From Clostridia bacterium (lineage in GTDB: Bacteria > Bacillota > Clostridia > Oscillospirales > CAG-272), in the NCBI GenBank assembly GCA_017428635.1, contig JAFRQK010000038.1, positions 43,677 to 107,676 of the forward strand: a DNA stretch of 64,000 bases. Reading direction: 5' to 3'. Each line of letters opens with the position of its first letter. Positions within the stretch are counted from its first letter, which is position 1. Below, in pieces: positions 8,897 through 17,280 of this stretch. The notes beneath the pieces were generated by a model. That model saw nothing but the letters and a program-made list of their open reading frames with translations. It made no database searches and was not told where the DNA came from. The translations under genes were made by a program, and so were the position numbers.

Positions 8897-9643
8897 ATGA
8901 CGTTTTATCAAATATGGGAAAACGGTCTTGCGAACGGTTTTGAATTTTCAAATCAGGCCTCGCTGATCGTTGTCAGTGTTTTGTTTGTTCTTCTGACGAT
9001 CGCCGCATCCTATTTGCTCGGAAGCATTAATCTTTCGATAATCATTTCAAAGAAGTTTTACGGGGAAGATATCAGAGAATACGGAAGCGGAAACGCCGGA
9101 ATGACCAACGTAATGAGAACGTACGGTAAAAAGATGGCCGCCCTGACTTTCGTAGGAGATTTCCTTAAAGCCGTTATTGCTTCTCTTATAGGACGCTTGT
9201 TTCTGGGCTTTTTCGGAGCATATCTGGCAGGTTTCTTCTGCTTCCTCGGTCACATATTTCCTTGCTTTTATAAGTTCAAAGGCGGGAAAGGCATAGTCAC
9301 CGCCGCTGCGATGGTCCTCATGACAGACTGGCGCATTTTTCTGATACTCGTCGCGCTGTTCGTGATCATCGTAGCCCTGACAAAGTACATTTCGCTCGGT
9401 TCTGTCGTCTGTCTTGCTTTTTATCCGTTTGTTCTTGACAGGATGTGGGGAATATTCGGATACGGAAATAAACCGAGGTTTGTCGTTATTTTTGCAATCG
9501 GCGTAATGGCGCTCGGTATTTGGGGACACCGTAAGAATATAAAACGTATAATCGAACATACGGAAAGCAAGTTTACTTTCAAAGTAAAAGATAAAGAGAT
9601 TAAAACAGATAAAACGGAAGAAAAGGAAAACAAAAATGACTGA
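8897..9643 (+). CDS. plsY: glycerol-3-phosphate acyltransferase PlsY
   Basis: LLGSIN...GSGNAGMTNV...FKGGKG motifs, polytopic membrane protein. ATG 8897 lies 6 nt after GGAG. Lys/Glu-rich C-terminal tail. Confidence 0.9.
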   Translation: MTFYQIWENGLANGFEFSNQASLIVVSVLFVLLTIAASYLLGSINLSIIISKKFYGEDIREYGSGNAGMTNVMRTYGKKMAALTFVGDFLKAVIASLIGRLFLGFFGAYLAGFFCFLGHIFPCFYKFKGGKGIVTAAAMVLMTDWRIFLILVALFVIIVALTKYISLGSVVCLAFYPFVLDRMWGIFGYGNKPRFVVIFAIGVMALGIWGHRKNIKRIIEHTESKFTFKVKDKEIKTDKTEEKENKND

Positions 9644-10922
9644 TGAAAAAATAATCGCCGAGCTTTCGCGGACCGATATTTCATCCGACGAGAGATTATC
9701 CGCTCTTAAAGAAGTAAAAAAGCGGATCGATTCGGGCGCAATAAGGAATGAGCGGGAAGGCAGTTTCGTTAATAATCACATTCACACGTGTTATTCTTTC
9801 TCTCCGTATACTCCGACTTCAGCTGTATTTTACGCATGGCGCGCCGGTCTTTCGACCGCCGGTATCATGGATCATGACAGCGTAGGCGGTATCCGGGAGT
9901 TTATTGAAGCCGGCGCGATAATGGAAATGCCGGTGACCTGCGGGTTTGAGTGCCGTGTCAACGTTAAGGGAACTGCGCTCGACGGCAGAAGGATAAATAA
10001 TCCTGATCAGATATCCTGCGCGTACGTTGCGATGCACGGCATTCCGCACGGAAGCATCGCCAAGGCCGAGACGGTTCTTTCTCACGTAAGAGAAAAACGG
10101 AATCTGCGTAACCGCAAAATGTGTGCTAATATTACGGATATCACGAAGCCTTTCGGGATCACGCTCGATTTCGACAGCGACGTTTATCCTATATCAATGG
10201 CGCGGGAAGGCGGGAGCATAACGGAAAGGCACGTTCTTTTCGCACTTACTCATAAAATAATAAGCAGATATCCCGAACGCCATCAGGCGTTGGATTTTAT
10301 AGAAAAAATCATCGGGGGCGGGATCGCGCCGAAAACGCGTGATAAACTCCTTTCAGCCCCGGAAAACTTTTATTCATATGACGTTCTCGGAGTGCTCAAG
10401 AGCAGTCTCGTCGCACGCTTTTACATAGACGCTGACGAAGAATGTATCAATATTGCGGATTTCACACGTCTGGCCGATGAACTAGGCGCGATATCTGCCT
10501 ACGCTTATCTCGGCGACGTAGGTGAAAGTCCTACGGGGGATAAGAAGGCTCAGAAATTCGAGGATGATTATCTTCCGGTACTTTTCAGTACCCTTAAAGA
10601 ACTCGGCTTCAGAGCGGTCACTTATATGCCCTCCAGAAATACGAAAGAGCAGCTCGCGACCGTTATCGAATATTGCAGGGATAACGGGTTCTTCGAGATC
10701 TCGGGAGAAGATATAAATTCTCCGCGTCAGTCGTTTATATGTCCTTCTCTGGAACTTCCCGAGTATTCTCATCTTCGCGTCGCTACATATGCTCTTATAG
10801 GACATGAGATTTCCGCAAGCCGTGATCTGTCTCTTTCCATGTTTTCTCCGGAAACCGAAAAACAGATCCCGGAACTTTCTGATAGAATAAAACAGTACGC
10901 CGCCGTCGGCGGTATCAAATGA
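9636..10922 (+). CDS. PHP-domain metal-dependent phosphoesterase, function unknown
   Basis: N-terminal PHP signature NNHIHTCYSFSPY...AGIMDHDSVGG. Start overlaps the plsY stop by 8 nt (ATGACTGA). Confidence 0.7.
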   Translation: MTDEKIIAELSRTDISSDERLSALKEVKKRIDSGAIRNEREGSFVNNHIHTCYSFSPYTPTSAVFYAWRAGLSTAGIMDHDSVGGIREFIEAGAIMEMPVTCGFECRVNVKGTALDGRRINNPDQISCAYVAMHGIPHGSIAKAETVLSHVREKRNLRNRKMCANITDITKPFGITLDFDSDVYPISMAREGGSITERHVLFALTHKIISRYPERHQALDFIEKIIGGGIAPKTRDKLLSAPENFYSYDVLGVLKSSLVARFYIDADEECINIADFTRLADELGAISAYAYLGDVGESPTGDKKAQKFEDDYLPVLFSTLKELGFRAVTYMPSRNTKEQLATVIEYCRDNGFFEISGEDINSPRQSFICPSLELPEYSHLRVATYALIGHEISASRDLSLSMFSPETEKQIPELSDRIKQYAAVGGIK

Positions 10923-10935
10923 AGCGGAGGGCTTT

Positions 10936-12882
10936 ATGACAAACTTAGAATCGCTCGTCGAGTTTTCAAACCGTTACGGATCGGATCCTTCATTCGTTCT
11001 TGCGGGAGGAGGCAATACCTCTTTCAAAAATTCAGATAATCTCTGGGTAAAAGGCAGCGGCACGGCGTTATCGACGATAACGAAAGACGGATTTGTTAAA
11101 ATGAACAGAGAACGTCTTTCGGATATTTGGCGCGTCGAGTATTCGGATGATCCCGAAACGAGAGAATCCGAGGTCCTCGCTGCGCTTATGGACGCAAGAG
11201 AAGCAGGTGAAGATAAGAAACGCCCTTCTGTAGAAACACTGTTTCACGATCTGTTTCCGCAGTCATTTGTGCTTCACGTTCATCCTGCTGTTGTTAACGG
11301 TGTTCTGTGCTCAAAAGAAGGCAAAGAAACAATAAAAAAACTATTCCCGGATTCAATTTGGATCGATGCCTGTGAACCCGGGTACGTTATGGCGTCCGCT
11401 TTCAGAAAAGCGCTTCTGAAATATAAGAAAGCGACCGGAAAAGACGCCGATCTTGTTTTCCACCAGAATCACGGCGTATTCTTTGCCGCGTCAACGGCGA
11501 AGAGGCTCGATGCTCTTGTCAAACACGTCATAACGTCTATAAAGAAAGAGATCAAGATCAAACCTGATTTTTCCGATAAGGCAATTGATCTTGATACTGC
11601 CGCATCGATCGCTCCCGTCCTCAGAATGCTCTATAATGAGAACGGGAACGCAAGAGTCGTTTTCAAAACGAACAAACAGATACTTAAATTCTCTTCACGA
11701 GAGGAATTCAAGAAAATTAAACGTCCGCTGTCGCCCGATCATATTGTTTACTGTAAAGCGGAACCGCTTTATATCAATAATTATGCTCCGGCTGCAATCA
11801 AACATAAGTTTGATGAATTCAAGACAACGCTCGGATTTGCACCGAAGATCGTTTTTGCCGAGAATATCGGGATGTTTGCTCTCGGCAGCACTTTCAAGGA
11901 AGCAAATACTGCTTCTGAACTCATGTTTGACGCTATGACCGTCGTAACCTACGCCGAGAACTTCGGCGGGGTTCTCCCTATGAGCAAAAAGCTGACTGAT
12001 TTCATTGTGAATTGGGAGGTCGAAAAATACCGTTCCGGCGTTAGTTTGAACGTTGCTAAGGACGGTTTTTCCTCGAAGATCGCTATTGTTACGGGCGGTG
12101 CGCAGGGATTCGGTGAGGGGATCGCGCGCTTCCTGGCATCCAAAGGCGCAAACGTCGTTATCGCCGATATCAATAGTGAAGGCGCAGCCAGGACCGCTGC
12201 AAATATTACGGAGACGACGGGATCCGTTGCTTCTCCCGTTACCGTAAATATTGCCGACGAGGAAAGCGTCAGACGAATGATTCGGGAAACGGTCCTGACG
12301 TTCGGCGGACTTGACGTGTTCGTAAATAACGCGGGTATCGTACGCGCAGGATCGCTCGAGGAGATGACAAGGTCGAATTTCGAACTGGTTACATCCATTA
12401 ACTACACCGCATACTTTATGTGCGTGAAATATGCTTCTGCCGTTATGAAGATCCAGAGAGGTGTCAGTCCTTCGTATATGGCCGACGTTATCGAGATCAA
12501 TTCCAAATCCGGGCTGGCCGGATCAAACAAGAATTTCGCATACGCCGGAAGCAAGTTCGGCGGTCTCGGCCTGACTCAATCGTTTGCGCTTGAACTCGCG
12601 CCTTTCGGGATCAAAGTAAACGCCGTTTGCCCCGGGAATTTTCTGGACGGACCGTTGTGGTCCGACCCGGTCAGAGGGCTATTCGTTCAGTATCTGAACG
12701 CAGGCAAGGTTCCCGGCGCCAAAACCGTTGCCGACGTAAAAAAATACTACGAATCAAAGGTTCCGCTCGGAAGAGGATGCCTGCCTGAGGATCTTAACAG
12801 AGCCGTTCAGTATATCATTGAACAGAAATATGAGACCGGACAGGCGGTACCGGTCACCGGCGGACAGGAAATGTTGAATTGA
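10936..12882 (+). CDS. bifunctional class II aldolase / short-chain dehydrogenase (RhaD/YuxG-like fusion)
   Basis: N-terminal aldolase/adducin-like half. C-terminal SDR half with TGGAQGFGEG Rossmann motif, NNAG and YAGSK catalytic motif. GGAGGG RBS. Confidence 0.8.
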   Translation: MTNLESLVEFSNRYGSDPSFVLAGGGNTSFKNSDNLWVKGSGTALSTITKDGFVKMNRERLSDIWRVEYSDDPETRESEVLAALMDAREAGEDKKRPSVETLFHDLFPQSFVLHVHPAVVNGVLCSKEGKETIKKLFPDSIWIDACEPGYVMASAFRKALLKYKKATGKDADLVFHQNHGVFFAASTAKRLDALVKHVITSIKKEIKIKPDFSDKAIDLDTAASIAPVLRMLYNENGNARVVFKTNKQILKFSSREEFKKIKRPLSPDHIVYCKAEPLYINNYAPAAIKHKFDEFKTTLGFAPKIVFAENIGMFALGSTFKEANTASELMFDAMTVVTYAENFGGVLPMSKKLTDFIVNWEVEKYRSGVSLNVAKDGFSSKIAIVTGGAQGFGEGIARFLASKGANVVIADINSEGAARTAANITETTGSVASPVTVNIADEESVRRMIRETVLTFGGLDVFVNNAGIVRAGSLEEMTRSNFELVTSINYTAYFMCVKYASAVMKIQRGVSPSYMADVIEINSKSGLAGSNKNFAYAGSKFGGLGLTQSFALELAPFGIKVNAVCPGNFLDGPLWSDPVRGLFVQYLNAGKVPGAKTVADVKKYYESKVPLGRGCLPEDLNRAVQYIIEQKYETGQAVPVTGGQEMLN

Positions 12883-12887
12883 AATAA

Positions 12888-12923
12888 GCGGATCGACTGA
12901 AAAACGTCGGTCCGCTTTCTTTT
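12888..12923. terminator. bidirectional intrinsic terminator
   Basis: GCGGATCGAC-N8-GTCGGTCCGC 10-bp stem followed by TTTCTTTT. Lies between convergent genes. Confidence 0.75.
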
Positions 12924-14227
12924 CACTCCGATTTTACTATGTTGAAAAGCGAATTTGCCGTCAGCCACAAGGCGGGGAAATAGTTCATCACATTCCATAC
13001 TCCCGCTCCTTTCAGGTCGTACTCGGGTATCAAACGAAGAAGCGCATCGCATGTTCTCGCGTTTTCAAACCAAACGACGTGTTCAACAGCATCGTTGAAG
13101 GAAGAGGGCCTGTCGAAATAATTATAAAACGGCGCGGCTTTTTCTATATCATACCTGATTTCCGCCTGCTTCTCGGATGCAAGTTCGACGGCTTCGGTAT
13201 TTGTCAGCGTTTTGGCTTTTGTTATCCCTCTCTCATACGGAAGAGGCCAATCGTATCCGTAATTCGGTATTCCCGATAAAATCTTATTTTTCGGAATCGC
13301 AGTTACAGCATAATCAAGAACTTTTTTGACCTCGCCTTTAGGTGAAACTGCGTTCGGAGGTCCGAACGTATACCCCCATTCGTAAGTCATTAAAAGAGTT
13401 CTGTCGGCGATCTCTCCTATGGCTTTGTAATCGTGTCCCTCATAAAGTATTCCGGGTTGATCGTCCCTGATCTTCGGCGCAAGAGAAACAAACAGCAAAA
13501 ATCGACCGTCCAGCGCTTCGGAGAGCCTGCTTAAAAAATCAACGTAGGGTTCTTTTCCTTCAGACCCGATATATTCAAAGTCAACGTCTATTCCGCCATA
13601 TGATCGCGCTTCGAGTATTTCGATGATACTTTCAATTACTTTGTCGCCCAGTATCTTATCGTTAAGGATCCGTGAGACGAGTTCATTCGAAAATTTTCCT
13701 TCGTCAGTCAGTGAAGTCAGCATTAGAAGCGGAACGGTTCCGTATTCACCCGCAATACCGATAAGTTCCTCATCGTCTCCGCTCGGAGATATAAGGGTGC
13801 CGTCGTTCCTGATCCCATACGTAAATATTGACAGATACGTAAGATAGGGAAGAGTTCTTCTGAGAACCGTCCTGTCAACAAAAGGATATACGTATCCGTT
13901 GAAGGAAACTGTTTTATTATAAACAGGTTCTTCGCCGACGACGGTAATGATCTGACCCGGGACAATTGTCGGTAACCCGTCGAGAAAGGGATTGTTTCTG
14001 TACAGAGAGTTAACTGTTACGCCGTATTCTTCCGCGATTCCGGTAAGGGTATCGCCGCCCATTACAGTGTAAGTGACCGAAGGAAAACGTATTATAAGGT
14101 CTTCTCCGACAGTTAACTTTCCTGGATCCGTGATAAAGTTGTCGGTTATTATTCTTGAAACGGGCACACCGTATTCTCTTGCTATCATTGTGACGGTCTG
14201 ACCTTGTTTTACGGTATGTATTACCAT
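12923..14227 (-). CDS. LysM-LysM-GH18 spore cortex hydrolase-like protein (SleL/YaaH family)
   Basis: Two LysM repeats (HTVKQGQTVTMIAREYGV, YTVMGGDTLTGIAEEYGV) and the GH18 catalytic motif GGIDVDFEY. ATG 14227 is preceded by GGAGG. Confidence 0.85.
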   Translation of the reverse strand: MVIHTVKQGQTVTMIAREYGVPVSRIITDNFITDPGKLTVGEDLIIRFPSVTYTVMGGDTLTGIAEEYGVTVNSLYRNNPFLDGLPTIVPGQIITVVGEEPVYNKTVSFNGYVYPFVDRTVLRRTLPYLTYLSIFTYGIRNDGTLISPSGDDEELIGIAGEYGTVPLLMLTSLTDEGKFSNELVSRILNDKILGDKVIESIIEILEARSYGGIDVDFEYIGSEGKEPYVDFLSRLSEALDGRFLLFVSLAPKIRDDQPGILYEGHDYKAIGEIADRTLLMTYEWGYTFGPPNAVSPKGEVKKVLDYAVTAIPKNKILSGIPNYGYDWPLPYERGITKAKTLTNTEAVELASEKQAEIRYDIEKAAPFYNYFDRPSSFNDAVEHVVWFENARTCDALLRLIPEYDLKGAGVWNVMNYFPALWLTANSLFNIVKSE

Positions 14228-14306
14228 ATTACCTCCGGTAAAGTTATTGTGTTGTTCCGACACTGTATTATATGTTCCGGCTTAGCGTCTCGATACCAAA
14301 TATAAC

Positions 14307-14335
14307 TTGCAAATAAAAGCCGTTTGTGGTATAAT
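14307..14335 (+). promoter_or_regulatory. promoter of the SRP RNA gene
   Basis: TTGCAA (14307-14312), 17 nt, TGgTATAAT extended -10 (14327-14335). Confidence 0.7.
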
Positions 14336-14341
14336 TCAAGC

Positions 14342-14655
14342 GTCGGAATTGCCCCTTTCAATAAGGCCATACCAGCCGGGGAGGTAGCGGGTCCCTGAAC
14401 CTGAAGTCCGCTGCAGCAGGGGTGGATCCCTTTTTTGAGGAGCAGACTTGTGCAGTCTGCGGCACGTCGTCATACGTTGAGAAACGGGTCTTGCGCGATC
14501 GGTACCTGTGAACCATGTCAGGTGGGGAACCAAGCAGCATTAAGCAGTCATACCGATGCGCCGCAAGGCAGCCTGTTTTGAGTTTGATCCGTGTCGGCGT
14601 GTGTAGGTCCTGTTTCGATCTTAAGGTGTATGGTCTTATTGAGCGGGGCAATATA
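14342..14655 (+). ncRNA. ffs: signal recognition particle RNA, large (Bacillus-type, Alu domain-containing) form
   Basis: Domain IV core GAACCATGTCAGGTGGGGAACCAAGCAGCATTAAG and Alu-domain GCCGGGGAGGTAGCGGGTCCCTGAACCTG closely resemble B. subtilis scRNA. The 5'/3' ends pair (ATTGCCCC / GGGGCAAT). Classic ffs-dnaX-ybaB-recR synteny. Ends are +/-10 nt. Confidence 0.9.
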
Positions 14656-14679
14656 ACGTTCTTGAAACGGAGACGCTTT

Positions 14680-16260
14680 ATGGAACATCTTGCGCTATAC
14701 AGAAAGTATCGTCCCGCATCGTTCGACGACGTGTACGGTCAGGATCACGTTACGAGCGTTCTGAGACGCGAAAGCGAAGAAGGGAAACTTTCTCACGCAT
14801 ATCTTTTCTGCGGCCCGAGAGGAACAGGTAAAACCACGTGCGCAAAGATTCTTGCCAAAGTCGTGAACTGCGATTCACCGGTGAGAGGAGATCCATGCGG
14901 AAAATGTCCCTCCTGTAAGGCGATCGAATCCGAGTCTGCGACTGACGTTGTTGAAATGGACGCTGCGTCTAATACCGGGGTCGATTACATTCGTGATATT
15001 AAGGAAGAGGTGACTTACACTCCCGCGCTCCTTAAAAAGAGAGTCTATATAATAGACGAGGTTCACATGCTTTCTCCCGGGGCGTTTAATGCTCTTCTCA
15101 AAACGCTTGAGGAACCTCCTGCACACGTTATGTTCATTCTCGCAACGACCGAACAGCATAAACTCCCCGCTACCGTCGTATCGAGATGTCAAAGATTTGA
15201 TTTCAGAAGAATTCCGATAAACGTTATTGCTGCGCGCCTTTCGGCTATAGCCTCTGACGAACATATAGACCTTGATGCGGATGCCGCTCAGATGATCGCA
15301 AAACAAGCGTCCGGAGGCATGAGAGACGCCATTAATCTTATGGAACTATGCGCCTGCGCCGGATCCCGGATAGATTCGGAAAGAGTAAGAGAATCTTTGG
15401 GGATCGCCGGTATAGATCTATCGTTAAAAGTTGCAAAAGCAGTCAGAAATTCAGATCCGTCGGGCCTTTTTTCAGCCGTTGATTACGTTGTTTCATCTTC
15501 CGGAGATCTATCGGTCTTTTTCGGTGAACTTATAGCTTTTTGGCGTGATATGACCGTAATGCGTTATTCTGCCGAAGACAGCTCATATCTTGAATTGACC
15601 GATACTGAAAAACAGACGGTTAAGGAAGCTTCAGAAATGTTTACACAGGAAGAGCTTCTTTATCATTCCGGATTACTTGAATCTGCTGTTTTTGAAATGA
15701 ATAGATTGCCTCAGATAAAACGGTACGTTGCAGAGATCACTTTGCTTAAAATGAGTGAGAAAAAGCTTGAATCTTCTGCCGATTCACTTCTTGCCCGAAT
15801 AGCTGATCTTGAGGATCAGATCCGGCTGCTGAATGCCGGGGTGTTACCTGAACAAAAAAACGGTTTTCCGGTGGATTCGGTCGTCACTTCGATTGAGGAA
15901 GAGAAGAAAAGATCGGTTGAAGAACCGAAAAAACAGGAAGCCTTAACTCCGTCGAGCGTGGAAGAGGAACCGGCGCCGTACGAGATCGGAGATCCCGGGG
16001 AATTCATATCAAAGGTCGCTTCTTCAAATACGTCCGTAGGAGCAATTTTGCAGGACGCCACTATAAAAGCGATAAATAATAAGAAACTCCAGATAACGGT
16101 CGGTGACGGGTTCTCATCAATAATGTTGAAAAGAAACGAGGTTTTATCTTTGATAAAACAATCGGCGGTTATCTCAGGTCTTTTTGACGTCACGCCGGAA
16201 GTGGAGATATTGCAAGAAGATAATTCGGATCAGATCGATGCGTTTTCTGATTTTGAATGA
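14680..16260 (+). CDS. dnaX: DNA polymerase III subunit tau (gamma/tau)
   Basis: MEHLALYRKYRPASFDDVYGQDHV, Walker A GPRGTGKTT, Zn module CGKCPSC and DEVHMLS. GGAG lies 7 nt before ATG 14680. The ORF-track start at 14515 lies inside the SRP RNA. Confidence 0.95.
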   Translation: MEHLALYRKYRPASFDDVYGQDHVTSVLRRESEEGKLSHAYLFCGPRGTGKTTCAKILAKVVNCDSPVRGDPCGKCPSCKAIESESATDVVEMDAASNTGVDYIRDIKEEVTYTPALLKKRVYIIDEVHMLSPGAFNALLKTLEEPPAHVMFILATTEQHKLPATVVSRCQRFDFRRIPINVIAARLSAIASDEHIDLDADAAQMIAKQASGGMRDAINLMELCACAGSRIDSERVRESLGIAGIDLSLKVAKAVRNSDPSGLFSAVDYVVSSSGDLSVFFGELIAFWRDMTVMRYSAEDSSYLELTDTEKQTVKEASEMFTQEELLYHSGLLESAVFEMNRLPQIKRYVAEITLLKMSEKKLESSADSLLARIADLEDQIRLLNAGVLPEQKNGFPVDSVVTSIEEEKKRSVEEPKKQEALTPSSVEEEPAPYEIGDPGEFISKVASSNTSVGAILQDATIKAINNKKLQITVGDGFSSIMLKRNEVLSLIKQSAVISGLFDVTPEVEILQEDNSDQIDAFSDFE

Positions 16261-16278
16261 GTATTTTAGGAGGATAAA

Positions 16279-16626
16279 ATGAAAGCTAGGTTGCCGAAGG
16301 GAATGGGTCAGGGCCCGACCAATATGCAGGGTATGTTGAAACAGGCCCAGAAAATGCAGGAAGACATGGCTGCGCTGCAGGAGGATCTTGACGCGCGTGA
16401 ATACACCGTAAAAGCCGGGGGCGGTGTCGTAGAAATTACGATCTCCGGCACCCTCGAGATAAAGAAAATCGATATATCGCCTGATATAGTCGATCCGGAT
16501 GACATCGAAACGCTTTCGGACGTTATTACGGCAGGTGTGAACGAAGCTATAAAGAAAGTGAATTCCACTAACGGCGAAGAAATGGGAAAAATCACCGGCG
16601 CGCTCAATATGCCCGGTTTGTTCTGA
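16279..16626 (+). CDS. ybaB: nucleoid-associated protein YbaB/EbfC
   Basis: ~115 aa, MQGMLKQAQKMQEDMAALQEDL..., conserved position between dnaX and recR. AGGAGG RBS. Confidence 0.9.
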   Translation: MKARLPKGMGQGPTNMQGMLKQAQKMQEDMAALQEDLDAREYTVKAGGGVVEITISGTLEIKKIDISPDIVDPDDIETLSDVITAGVNEAIKKVNSTNGEEMGKITGALNMPGLF

Positions 16627-16630
16627 TAGT

Positions 16631-17230
16631 ATGGCAGATCATATCGAACCGCTTGAAAGACTTGCCGATATGTTTCGGAGATTGGACGGCGTAGGGAAAA
16701 AAACAGCGCTGCGTTATGCGTTCAACGTTCTCAATTTTTCCGAATCAGAGGCAAATGAGTTTGCCAGGGCCATTGAATCCGTAAAAAAAGACATTAAGCT
16801 TTGCAGTGTCTGTCAGAATATATCGACGACAGACGTCTGTCCCGTATGTTCCTCAGTTAAAAGGGACAGATCGGTCATTTGTGTCGTAGAGGATCCGCGC
16901 GCAGTTGTAGCGATTGAGAACACGGGCCATTATTCGGGCGTTTACCACGTTCTTCACGGAGCTATATCTCCGATGAAGGGTGTTTCTCCCGATAAATTGA
17001 AAATAAAAGAACTTCTCTCCCGATTAAAGGACGGAGAAGTTTCTGAGGTTATTATTGCAACCAACCCCACCGTTGAAGGTGAGGCGACGGCAATGTATCT
17101 TTATAAACTTATATCGCCCCTTGAGATAAACGTGACCAGGATCGCAAACGGTGTTCCGATCGGCGGTGATCTCGAATACGCGGACGAAGTCACTCTGCGA
17201 AGGGCTATCGAAGGAAGATACTCGTTATAA
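16631..17230 (+). CDS. recR: recombination protein RecR
   Basis: HhH N-terminus, C4 zinc finger CSVCQNISTTDVCPVC and Toprim domain (VVEDPRAV...IIATNPTVEGEATA). Confidence 0.95.
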   Translation: MADHIEPLERLADMFRRLDGVGKKTALRYAFNVLNFSESEANEFARAIESVKKDIKLCSVCQNISTTDVCPVCSSVKRDRSVICVVEDPRAVVAIENTGHYSGVYHVLHGAISPMKGVSPDKLKIKELLSRLKDGEVSEVIIATNPTVEGEATAMYLYKLISPLEINVTRIANGVPIGGDLEYADEVTLRRAIEGRYSL

Positions 17231-17239
17231 AATAAGGAC

Positions 17240-17280
17240 GGGAAATCAGACGTTTCGGCGTTTGATTTCCCTTTTTTTTT
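17240..17280. terminator. bidirectional intrinsic terminator between recR and rodA
   Basis: GGGAAATCA-N14-TGATTTCCC stem followed by T9. Confidence 0.8.

Noticed and set aside
14336-14651. 65-aa and 97-aa minus-strand ORFs, and the 5' extension of the dnaX ORF (14515-14679)
   Set aside because: The region is the SRP RNA. It has strong primary-sequence similarity to Bacillus scRNA, its own promoter, and terminal helix pairing.
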